64,000 bases of DNA, from contig OZ245777.1 in NCBI GenBank assembly GCA_965227775.1, positions 2,880,001 through 2,944,000 of the forward strand. The letters run 5' to 3'. The translations under genes were made by a program, and so were the position numbers. The notes beneath the pieces are model-generated. The model made no database searches, was not told the DNA's origin, and was given only the letters and a program-made list of their open reading frames with translations. Positions 30,190 to 38,940 of the stretch are shown here, in pieces. Source of the DNA: Phycisphaerales bacterium. GTDB taxonomy: Bacteria; Planctomycetota; Phycisphaerae; Phycisphaerales; UBA1924. Within the stretch, counting starts at the first letter, position 1. The number at the start of each line of letters is the position of its first letter.

Positions 30190-30236
30190 TTGGTGAGTCA
30201 CGCCGACCCGGTGTTCTGCGGCAGGGAGGGCTGGTG

Positions 30237-32687
30237 ATGGGTTCTGGATCGATGCGTGCTGGATTGGCGTTAGTGCTCGTAGGTTTGGTGGCGGTGCTGT
30301 GGGGTGGCCAGCGGGCGATTGGGCAGCCGTGTGAGCCGGCATGGGCCGAGGGGGTGTTCGGCGTCAATGGAGTAAACGGTCGCATCTACGCCACTTCGGT
30401 GTTCGATGATGGCTCGGGCCCGGCCCTGTACGTCGCGGGTGATTTCACCGAGGCGGGTGGCGTGGCGGCTATCGATATTGCGCGCTGGGACGGTTCGGCC
30501 TGGTCACCGCTGAGCTCTGGAATGGACTCTCCGTTCGGAGGCGGAGCCACGGTCTTCGCGCTCGCAGTCTTTGACGACGGGTCGGGCTCAGCCTTGTACG
30601 CCGGCGGTCAATTTACTGTCGCCGGCGGCGAGTCGGTCAATCGCATCGCGCGTTGGGACGGCTCGGCCTGGTCACGCGTTGGTCTGGGCATGGGTCTGGG
30701 CTCGCTCCCTTCGGTTCAGGCTTTGACAGTGTTCGATGATGGCTCGGGTCCGGCGCTTTACGCGGGTGGTTCGTTCGGGACGGCTGGCACGGAGAGAGTG
30801 AACAACGTGGCTCGCTGGGACGGCTCGGATTGGACGCCGCTCGATTTCGGGGTGTCCCCTCCTCCACCGCTCGGCAACGGCACCGTGACGACGCTCGCCG
30901 TGTTCGATGACGGCACCGGGCCGGCGCTGTACGCGGGCGGATCGTTCGACACGGCAAGCGGGCAACCGGCGAGCAACGTGGCTCGTTGGGACGGCTCGGC
31001 GTGGTCGCCGCTGGGGTCCGGGGTCAACCGCACCGTCCAGTCCCTGGCAGTCTTTGACGATGGCGCTGGGCCGGCCTTGTACGCGGCCGGCCTGTTCCCC
31101 ATCGCCGGGGGGATCGAAGTGAACTACATCGCCCGATGGGACGGATCGGCGTGGTCGCCGGTGGGAACGGGCATGGAAGACTGGGTCTGGGATCTGACCG
31201 TCCTTGACGATGGCAGCGGCCCGGCGTTGTACGCCGGGGGCGACTTCACTATCGCTGGCGGTGTGGAGGCCACTGGATTGGCCCGCTGGGATGGCTCGGC
31301 CTGGTCGGCCGTTGGGTCTGGCATGAACGCAAGGGTGAACGACCTGGTCTCGTTCGATGATGGCTCGGGCGCGGCCATCTACGCGGCAGGCCAATTCTCC
31401 GCAGCCGGTGAGACCAGGGCTTTACGCATCGCCCGCTGGGACGGATCAGCGTGGACACCCATTGGAACCGGCCTGGACAGCGCGGTCCAAGCCCTGGCAG
31501 TCTTCGATGACGGATCGGGGGCAGGGCTGTACGCCGGTGGGAGACTGCGCGACGCGGACGGTCTGGAAACAAACGGCATCGCCCGATGGAACGGATCGGC
31601 GTGGTCGGCATTGGGGCTTGGCATCGACGGGGGTGTGTTCGACATGACAGCCTTCGATGACGGAAGCGGCCCTGCGCTGTACGCGGCAGGCGTCTTCAGC
31701 AGCGCGGGCTCCGTTCCTGCCAATTCCATCGCACGGTGGGACGGCGCCACATGGTCGCCTCTGGGCGCCGGACTCACCAGAGAGTCTTTCGTGGTGTACG
31801 CCGTGGAAGTCTTCGACGACGGCACGGGCCCGGCCCTGTACGCCGCGGGAGACTTTTCGAGGGCCGGCAGCGTGCGCGTCGAACGGATCGCGCGATGGAA
31901 CGGCATCTCCTGGGAGCCTCTTGGCCAAGGGCTGAGCGCGGTCGTCTTTGACCTAGCCGTCTTCGACTATGGCTCAGGTCCAGCCCTGTACGCAGCCGGT
32001 CGCTTCACCGTCGCCGGCGGCGATCCCGGCACGAGGTACGTCGCCCGCTGGGACGGTGCCTCGTGGACGCCGCTGGGCGCAGGCGTGAGCAACTGGGCCT
32101 ATGCGCTCGAGGTGTTCGACGATGGCACGGGGCCGGCCTTGTACGCCGCGGGCAACTTTGCGAGCGCTGGTGGAATGCCGGCCAGCGGAATCGCCCGCTG
32201 GGACGGCGCCGCCTGGACGCCATTGGGCGAGGGCATCTTCGGCACCGGCCTCACATTGCGCGCCGTCGGCGAGGGATCGAGCCGGACCCTCATCGTCGGG
32301 GGGCGCTTCACGACCGCCGGGGGCGTCGAAGTCAACAACATTGCTCAGTGGGACGGCGTGGCGTGGTCTCCGGTTGGGACTGGGACCAACGAGCAGGTTG
32401 AATCGCTGGCGAGTTTCGACGATGGCTCGGGTCCGGCCTTGTTCGCTGGAGGCACTTTCACACGCGCTGGCGATCGAGTCTCTGGCTACCTCGCCCGCTG
32501 GGGTTGCATCACCGAACCCTGCCCGGCCGACCTCGACGGCGACGGCGCGCTGACCATCTTTGACTTTCTGGGATACCAGAACCTCTTCGACGCGGGTGAT
32601 CTTGCGGCCGATTTTGATGGTGATGGTGAGCTGACGATTTTCGACTTCCTGGCGTTCCAGAACGCGTTCGATGCCGGGTGCGAGTGA
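30237..32687 (+). CDS. Secreted 14-repeat beta-propeller protein with C-terminal GC-type dockerin
   Basis: GGGAGGG RBS, signal peptide ..QRAIG/QPC, repeats FDDGSGPALYAGG..ARWDGSAW, tail CPADLDGDGALTIFDFL..ADFDGDGELTIFDFLAFQNAFDAGC. Confidence 0.9.
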   Translation: MGSGSMRAGLALVLVGLVAVLWGGQRAIGQPCEPAWAEGVFGVNGVNGRIYATSVFDDGSGPALYVAGDFTEAGGVAAIDIARWDGSAWSPLSSGMDSPFGGGATVFALAVFDDGSGSALYAGGQFTVAGGESVNRIARWDGSAWSRVGLGMGLGSLPSVQALTVFDDGSGPALYAGGSFGTAGTERVNNVARWDGSDWTPLDFGVSPPPPLGNGTVTTLAVFDDGTGPALYAGGSFDTASGQPASNVARWDGSAWSPLGSGVNRTVQSLAVFDDGAGPALYAAGLFPIAGGIEVNYIARWDGSAWSPVGTGMEDWVWDLTVLDDGSGPALYAGGDFTIAGGVEATGLARWDGSAWSAVGSGMNARVNDLVSFDDGSGAAIYAAGQFSAAGETRALRIARWDGSAWTPIGTGLDSAVQALAVFDDGSGAGLYAGGRLRDADGLETNGIARWNGSAWSALGLGIDGGVFDMTAFDDGSGPALYAAGVFSSAGSVPANSIARWDGATWSPLGAGLTRESFVVYAVEVFDDGTGPALYAAGDFSRAGSVRVERIARWNGISWEPLGQGLSAVVFDLAVFDYGSGPALYAAGRFTVAGGDPGTRYVARWDGASWTPLGAGVSNWAYALEVFDDGTGPALYAAGNFASAGGMPASGIARWDGAAWTPLGEGIFGTGLTLRAVGEGSSRTLIVGGRFTTAGGVEVNNIAQWDGVAWSPVGTGTNEQVESLASFDDGSGPALFAGGTFTRAGDRVSGYLARWGCITEPCPADLDGDGALTIFDFLGYQNLFDAGDLAADFDGDGELTIFDFLAFQNAFDAGCE

Positions 32688-32737
32688 CGAAAAGTCACTC
32701 CGAGACTTACGGGAAGTGCACCACCAGATCGAACGCC

Positions 32738-32768
32738 GTGTACGTTCAACAACCGCACGGCATACCGG
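32738..32768 (+). promoter_or_regulatory. Conserved upstream element copy 2 (TACGTT + GCACGGCATACCGG)
   Basis: Paralogous to 30159-30189. Confidence 0.55.
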
Positions 32769-32817
32769 CCGCGGAGAGGTCTGGCAAGCCAGTCCAATGC
32801 TGCTGAAAGGGCGAGAA

Positions 32818-35301
32818 GTGCGACTCAAATCAACACGTAGCGGCCTGGCACTGGTACTTGGGAGCTTGCTGGCCTTGCATGGGAATGGGCAGCGGGCTGT
32901 TGGCCAGCCGTGTACAGCGAGTTGGACCGCCGAATTCTCATGCCATGAGGGCATCGATGGCACCGTGTTTGCCACCACCATGTGGGACGATGGGACGGGA
33001 CAGAAACTCGTGGCCGGCGGGTGGTTCACCATCGCCGGCTGCACGCAGGCCAGCAACGTCGCCATCTGGGATGGAAGTGAGTGGTCACCTCTCGGCGAGG
33101 GCACGAGCGGGCCGGTCTTCAGCCTGGCGGTATTCGACGCAGGCGCGGGCCCGGCACTCTTCGCCGGCGGCGACTTCGACGATGCGGGCGGAGTACGGGT
33201 GGACAACATCGCGATGTGGGATGGCGCTTCCTGGACCGGGCTCAATGGCGGCATCACCGAGTGCCCGGACTTCTTCTGTGGCGCCTCGGTCGATGCGATG
33301 GCGGTCTACGACGATGGCACAGGCCCGGCGCTCTACGTCGGCGGCCGATTCGCTCGCGCCGGTGGCGATCGCAGCGCCAGCCGCCTCGCTCGATGGAACG
33401 GTGCGAGTTGGAGCAACGTGGGTGATGCATTCGCATCGGCGAGGCTGGAAGATCGGGTCTACGGCCTCGCCGTCATCGATGCCGGCGACGGCCCGCGCCT
33501 GTACGTGGGGGGCGGCTTTCCGCGCATTGGTGGTGTTGATACACCATCGATGATCGCCTCTTGGGACGGCGCGGCGTGGCGGGCCGTCGGGGACGCCACG
33601 CCGATCTCTGGCCAAGTTCGAGACTTTGCGTGGTTCGACGACGGCTCGGGGTCGAAGCTGTTCGTGGCAGGAGACTTCTCGGCCGACCTTCCCGGCGGGA
33701 GGCAGTCCACCATCCTGGCGTGGGACGGCGCGGCGTGGTCGCCCGTTGGCGATGGCGTGGATTCGGCGCGAGGGGGTGCGTTCGCGCTGTTGCCCGATGG
33801 TGATCGCTTGCTGCTCGGCGGCGACTTCCGCTTGCGAAACCCTGACACGCTGGACGACTTGGCCGCGTGGGACGGGACGAGTTGGAGCGCCGTGGGCCCC
33901 GTCCCGCGGTCTCGCGGGCTTGACCTGTACCCAGTTCACGCCATGACGAGAATGGGTGGTGCACCGGGTGACTCGATCGCCATCGCTGGCAACTTCGAGG
34001 GACTCGACTCCGGCCAAACGGCACGCAACATCGGCGTCCTCGACGGAGTCGAGTGGCGGCGGCTGGGCGAGGGCGTGCCGGATGCGGTCCGCGCGATGGC
34101 CGAATTCGGCCCGCCCGGCGACCCAGCGGTCTACGCCGCGATCGATCGCTTCGATCTGAGCGGGGCAGACGCCATCGTGCGTCTCGTAGACGGCCGAGCG
34201 GTGCCGACCGGCGCATTTGCGGACGGGCAGGTCAACACGATGATCGAGTTCGATGACGGAACGGGCGCTGCGCTGTATGTTGGTGGCGCATTCCGAGAGA
34301 TTGGCGGTGTTGCCGCCGATGGCGTAGCCCGTTGGGACGGCTCGGCCTGGGCACCGGTCGGTACGGGATTGAGGTCATCGGTGTCTGAACTCGTCGTCGT
34401 GGAGTTCCTCGGTCGCTCGCGCCTGATCGCGGTGGGTTCTTTTAGCGGAGGCGGGACCGAACCCGCGCGCAATCTCGCGGAGTGGGACGGCACGGCGTGG
34501 GTGGCGGTTGGCGGAGGCCTGGGCGGTCGCGGCCGGGCTGCCGTGGTCTTTGATGACGGAACCCGCCCAAGGTTGTACGTCGCGGGCGACTTCAGCACGG
34601 TTGGCGCCGGCGTTGATCGAGTCAGCGCAGACAATCTGGCGAGATGGGACGGTTCCGCCTGGGAAGAAGTCGGCGGCGGTGTGCGCGGTTCGATCAACTC
34701 CATGGCGGTGTTCGATGACGGAACAGGCGCCAGGCTCGTCGTGGCGGGTCGCGTGTCACAGACCGGCGGCGCATCAGTCAGCGACGGCGCCGCCTGGGAC
34801 GGGAGCACCTGGGAATCTCTGGGCACCGGCGTCACGGGCTGCCCAGGCGGCTGCCCAAGTGGCATCACGACCATCGCTGCATTTGATGACGGCCTAGGAC
34901 CGAAGCTCTACGTCGGTGGCCGCTACCTCTCGGCGGGCGGGACCTCGGGCACTTCGTACTTGGCGGCGTGGGACGGCGCGGATTGGCAGTCGGTCGCAAC
35001 CGGAGGCATGAATGACTCGGTCTCGAGCCTGTTGGCGATCGATCAGGGCCGAGCGCTCTTGGTCGGCGGCGATTTCACGACTGCCGGAGACGGCGTCGCG
35101 TCTTACCTTGCCGTGCTCGAGAGTTGCCCGGCGTGCCCGGCCGACCTCGATGGTGACGCGGAACTCACCATCTTCGACTTCCTGAAATACCAGAACCTTT
35201 TCCAGGATGGTGATCTGGCCGCCGACTTTGATGGGGATGGTGAGCTGACGATCTTCGACTTCCTGGCGTTCCAGAACGCGTTCGATGCGGGGTGCCCTTA
35301 G
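32818..35301 (+). CDS. Second secreted 14-repeat beta-propeller protein with C-terminal GC-type dockerin (start may be 32797)
   Basis: Paralogous signal peptide GLALVLG..QRAVG/QPC, more divergent WDGxxW repeats, near-identical dockerin tail. Confidence 0.9.
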   Translation: MRLKSTRSGLALVLGSLLALHGNGQRAVGQPCTASWTAEFSCHEGIDGTVFATTMWDDGTGQKLVAGGWFTIAGCTQASNVAIWDGSEWSPLGEGTSGPVFSLAVFDAGAGPALFAGGDFDDAGGVRVDNIAMWDGASWTGLNGGITECPDFFCGASVDAMAVYDDGTGPALYVGGRFARAGGDRSASRLARWNGASWSNVGDAFASARLEDRVYGLAVIDAGDGPRLYVGGGFPRIGGVDTPSMIASWDGAAWRAVGDATPISGQVRDFAWFDDGSGSKLFVAGDFSADLPGGRQSTILAWDGAAWSPVGDGVDSARGGAFALLPDGDRLLLGGDFRLRNPDTLDDLAAWDGTSWSAVGPVPRSRGLDLYPVHAMTRMGGAPGDSIAIAGNFEGLDSGQTARNIGVLDGVEWRRLGEGVPDAVRAMAEFGPPGDPAVYAAIDRFDLSGADAIVRLVDGRAVPTGAFADGQVNTMIEFDDGTGAALYVGGAFREIGGVAADGVARWDGSAWAPVGTGLRSSVSELVVVEFLGRSRLIAVGSFSGGGTEPARNLAEWDGTAWVAVGGGLGGRGRAAVVFDDGTRPRLYVAGDFSTVGAGVDRVSADNLARWDGSAWEEVGGGVRGSINSMAVFDDGTGARLVVAGRVSQTGGASVSDGAAWDGSTWESLGTGVTGCPGGCPSGITTIAAFDDGLGPKLYVGGRYLSAGGTSGTSYLAAWDGADWQSVATGGMNDSVSSLLAIDQGRALLVGGDFTTAGDGVASYLAVLESCPACPADLDGDAELTIFDFLKYQNLFQDGDLAADFDGDGELTIFDFLAFQNAFDAGCP

Positions 35302-35344
35302 TCGCCCGAGCCGAACCGATTGGGCCAGCGCCATAGCCTGACCG

Positions 35345-36454
35345 ATGGGTGAATCGCGACCGCCAGCCCAACTCGTTTCTGCCGCACCGGGCGGGCTGGC
35401 GGTCGACGTCGGCGGACCAGAGCCCCTGTCCATGATCGACCCCTGGCGGCCGGCGCCGCTCGCGATCATTACGCACGCGCACGCGGACCATGCGTTCCGA
35501 GGAAGTGAGAAGTACCTCTGCTCGAATCCCGGCGTCGGCGTCTTGCGAACGCGCATGGGCAAGGACGCGGTGATCGAGGGGCACGCGTACGGAGAGCCGT
35601 TTCGGGTCGAGGGCGAGGGCGGCGCGGTCGAGGTCACGTTCTTTCCGGCCGGGCACGTGCTGGGGTCGGCGCAGGTGAGGCTGCGGGTGATCGAGAGCGA
35701 TCAGCCGGCCGACGAGCGCACGTGGGTCGTGACGGGTGATTGCAACTTCACAGCTCGGCAAGAAGATCCCAATCCGACGTGCGAGCGCTTCCAGCCGGTC
35801 GCGTGCGACGTGCTACTGATCGAGAGCACGTTTGGCTTACCGATCTATCGGTGGCCAGACCCGCGCGAGGAGTTTGCAAAGTTAAACAACTGGTGGAAGT
35901 CGAACGCCGCGAACGGGCGCACGAGCATCGTCATGGCGTACGGGCTCGGCAAGGCCCAGCGTGTGCTTGCCGGTCTGGATCCGAGCATCGGGCCGATTGG
36001 CGTGCATGGGGCAATCGAGAAGCTGATGCCGGGTTACGAGGCCGAGGGGATCGAGCTGCCCGAGGTCGTGCACACGACGCAGAAGGCGCGGAGGGGCTTG
36101 CGTGGCGTGGCGATGATCATCGCGCCGCCGGGAATCCTGGGCTCGCCGTGGCTGCGCAGCTTTGGCTCGACGCGGACGAGCATGGCAAGCGGCTTCATGG
36201 TGGTGCGCGGGCGGCGGCGGTGGCGAAGCTTCGATCACGGCTGCGTCATCAGCGACCACGCCGACTGGCCGGGGCTGCTGGGCATCGTTGAGGCAAGCGG
36301 TGCAAAGAGCGTGGGCGTGACGCACGGGGCGAGCGAGCCGCTGGCGCGGTACCTCGCGGAGACGCGCAAACTCGACACGTTCGTTGTGCCGACGCGGTAC
36401 CGGGGCGAGGCGGAGGAAGAGGTCGCGAGCAACCAAGACGGTGATGGTGACTGA
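35345..36454 (+). CDS. Ligase-associated DNA damage response exonuclease (metallo-beta-lactamase/beta-CASP)
   Basis: IDPWRP, THAHADH, PAGHVLGSAQV, ESTFGLPIYRW, GKAQR, SDHADW, VTHG. Confidence 0.9.
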   Translation: MGESRPPAQLVSAAPGGLAVDVGGPEPLSMIDPWRPAPLAIITHAHADHAFRGSEKYLCSNPGVGVLRTRMGKDAVIEGHAYGEPFRVEGEGGAVEVTFFPAGHVLGSAQVRLRVIESDQPADERTWVVTGDCNFTARQEDPNPTCERFQPVACDVLLIESTFGLPIYRWPDPREEFAKLNNWWKSNAANGRTSIVMAYGLGKAQRVLAGLDPSIGPIGVHGAIEKLMPGYEAEGIELPEVVHTTQKARRGLRGVAMIIAPPGILGSPWLRSFGSTRTSMASGFMVVRGRRRWRSFDHGCVISDHADWPGLLGIVEASGAKSVGVTHGASEPLARYLAETRKLDTFVVPTRYRGEAEEEVASNQDGDGD

Positions 36455-38059
36455 GTGCGCGCCTTCACCGAGTTGTACGACGCGATTGACTCAACCACCG
36501 CGACCAGCGAGAAGCTTGCGGCGATGGCGGAGTATTTCCGCGCGGCAAGCCCCAGCGACGCGGCCATCGCGGCCTATTTCCTAAGCGGGCAGCGGGTGCT
36601 GCGGACGGTGCCGACGAGGCTGCTCTACGACCTAACCCTCGAGACGACCGGGCTGCCGGGGTGGCTCGTCGACGCGTGCTACGCCTCGGTTGGTGACTTC
36701 AGCGAGACGATTGCGCTGCTGCTGCCCGACCCCGGCAAGGGCACCGACGCTTCGCTCACGGAGATCTACGAGACGGCGATCGTGCCGCTGGCAACCAGCG
36801 AAGACGCGGCGCGGCGGGCGATCATCCTCGACGCGTGGCGGGAGATGGATGCCCGGCAGCGGTACGTCTACCAGAAGCTCATCCGAGGCGGGTTGCGCGT
36901 GGGCGTGCAGAAGAAGATGGTCGTGCGGGCTATCGCGATGGCGCATGACCTTGAGCCGGCCATCGTCGCGGCGCGCATGAGCGGGCGCATGGACCCGACG
37001 GCCAAGTGGTACGAGTCGGTCACGAGCGAGGACGCCGGCGAGGACATCGCCCGGCCGCTGCCGTTCTATCTTGCCCACCAGCTCGATCATCCGCCGCACA
37101 AAGTGCTAGGCGATCGCAGCGTATGGCTGGCCGAGTGGAAGTACGACGGCATCCGGGCCCAGCTCATCGTGCCCCATGACGGTCCGCCCATGCTGTGGTC
37201 TCGCGGCGAGGAGGACGTGGGCGAGCAGTTTCCTGAGATTTTGGCAGCGGCTCGTGATCTGCCGGGAGGAACGGTGCTCGACGGCGAGGTGCTGGGTTGG
37301 GAAGGTGACAAGCCGGCGCCGTTCGCGTTCCTACAAACACGCCTGAACCGTAAGGCGAAGACCGCCGGTCAGTTGCCGATGTTCGACGAGCGTCGCATCG
37401 TGCTGCGTGCGTTCGACGTGATCCGCTTCGAAGGCAGGGACGTGCGCAGTTCGACGCTCCGCGAGCGACGGAACATCCTGGCGTACCTCGACCTGCCAGC
37501 GCCAACGATCGACGCAACCGTTGCTGTGGACGAACCGACGTGGGATGAACTGGCCAAGCTTCGTGAACAGAGTCGCGAGCGAAGGGTCGAGGGGCTGATG
37601 CTCAAGCATCTCGACGGCGCGTACGGCGTCGGCCGCACGAAGCCCGAGGGCGGCACCGGCTGGTGGAAGTGGAAGATCGGGCCGATGACGCTCGACGCCG
37701 TACTCGTGATGGCCCAGCACGGCAGCGGACGGCGCGCCGGGCTGTACACTGACTACACGTTTGCGCTGTGGCACGACGGCGAACTCGTGAACTTTGCGAA
37801 GGCGTACAGCGGGCTGACGAACGAGGAGATCGAGCGCGTCGACAACTGGATCCGTCGCAACACGATCCGTCGGGCCGGGCCCGTGCGGGAAGTGAAGCCC
37901 GAGTTGGTCTTCGAGCTTGGATTCGAGGGCGTGCAACCATCGACGCGCCATAAGAGCGGGCTGGCGGTGCGGTTTCCGCGGATCTTGAAGTGGCGACAGG
38001 ACAAGAAGGTAGCCGAAGCGGACCATCTGGCAGCGTTGCAACGGTTGGCCGAGGCATAG
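36455..38059 (+). CDS. ATP-dependent DNA ligase
   Basis: EWKYDGIRAQ, LDGE, AFD, EGLMLK, WWKWK, TDYTF, AKAYSGL, VRFPRI. Confidence 0.93.
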   Translation: MRAFTELYDAIDSTTATSEKLAAMAEYFRAASPSDAAIAAYFLSGQRVLRTVPTRLLYDLTLETTGLPGWLVDACYASVGDFSETIALLLPDPGKGTDASLTEIYETAIVPLATSEDAARRAIILDAWREMDARQRYVYQKLIRGGLRVGVQKKMVVRAIAMAHDLEPAIVAARMSGRMDPTAKWYESVTSEDAGEDIARPLPFYLAHQLDHPPHKVLGDRSVWLAEWKYDGIRAQLIVPHDGPPMLWSRGEEDVGEQFPEILAAARDLPGGTVLDGEVLGWEGDKPAPFAFLQTRLNRKAKTAGQLPMFDERRIVLRAFDVIRFEGRDVRSSTLRERRNILAYLDLPAPTIDATVAVDEPTWDELAKLREQSRERRVEGLMLKHLDGAYGVGRTKPEGGTGWWKWKIGPMTLDAVLVMAQHGSGRRAGLYTDYTFALWHDGELVNFAKAYSGLTNEEIERVDNWIRRNTIRRAGPVREVKPELVFELGFEGVQPSTRHKSGLAVRFPRILKWRQDKKVAEADHLAALQRLAEA

Positions 38060-38084
38060 GCGCAGCAATCCCGGTGTCGTGAAA

Positions 38085-38534
38085 TCAGTCTGGGAAGACA
38101 CCCCACATGAGCATGGCTACCACCGCAATGCCATGCAGTGCGAACGGCACATACAGCACGAGCCACTGGCCAACGAACCAGGCTTCGCTCTTGCTGGCCC
38201 GAATTTCGTAGGTCGACCTGGTCATGACGATTGCCCATAAAAGCAAACCCAGCCAGAAGGGCGCGCTGTACACGACGTACTCGAACGTGGGCATTGCCGT
38301 CAAATCGAGCATGGGGTAGACGTCGTTCTGAATCCAGTTGGGATACGCCGGATCGGTAAGGTGCACGGCGTAGACCTTGTATGCGAAGAACAGATTCAGC
38401 GGGACCATCACCAGCGGTGCGACGAGCACGAGCGCGGCGACCACGTATGCAAGGTACCGCTCGAAGTGCACCTGCTCGGGCGTGCGGTCCTTGTGCGCGC
38501 TATCCGCCGGCGCGGGACGCGCGACTGCGTTCAT
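38085..38534 (-). CDS. Hypothetical membrane protein (about 3 TMs)
   Basis: 149-aa hydrophobic ORF; ATGA overlap with the upstream ORF. Confidence 0.6.
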   Translation of the reverse strand: MNAVARPAPADSAHKDRTPEQVHFERYLAYVVAALVLVAPLVMVPLNLFFAYKVYAVHLTDPAYPNWIQNDVYPMLDLTAMPTFEYVVYSAPFWLGLLLWAIVMTRSTYEIRASKSEAWFVGQWLVLYVPFALHGIAVVAMLMWGVFPD

Positions 38535-38815
38535 GACCCGCCCCTACAGGGGGATGGAAGCCGTCGAAGGTGCCACCGGCCCTCGTACCAGAACATCAGG
38601 CCGAGGAAGAGCGTGATTGCGGGCACCCCCACCATCAGCATCACCACGGGGCCAGGATCATCAAGCAGCGGTAGCACGCCCTCGTGCTCCGACAGCCCGC
38701 TCAATAGGTAGACCAAGGCGTTGCACGGCGTGAACACGAAGATGCACATCTGGCCAAGTTGGACCTTCTCGGCGGCTTTGCCCTTCGGCGTGTCGGTACG
38801 GATCGGCCGGAACAT
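38531..38815 (-). CDS. Small hypothetical membrane protein
   Basis: Two hydrophobic segments; TAGATT 6 nt before ATG 38815. Confidence 0.5.
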   Translation of the reverse strand: MFRPIRTDTPKGKAAEKVQLGQMCIFVFTPCNALVYLLSGLSEHEGVLPLLDDPGPVVMLMVGVPAITLFLGLMFWYEGRWHLRRLPSPCRGGS

Positions 38816-38940
38816 CAAAGGAATCTACGGTTGTCGTTTGCTGTGTGTTTCGGGGACCCCCTAGCCGGATAGCATGGCGACCCGTCATTGGAGGCTGCCT
38901 GAGCGGCTTGCCGATGGCCTTGCGGCACCAGGAGACGCTC

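Noticed and set aside
30360..35110. CRISPR-like repeat/spacer array
   Set aside because: The recurring tgggacggctcgg and ttcgatgacgg words are degenerate in-frame coding repeats varying at third codon positions; no cas genes.
30042..35301. Diversity-generating retroelement (orphan tail as template repeat)
   Set aside because: Mismatches are not adenine-specific, the repeat encodes the conserved anchor rather than a variable region, and no reverse transcriptase is in the window.
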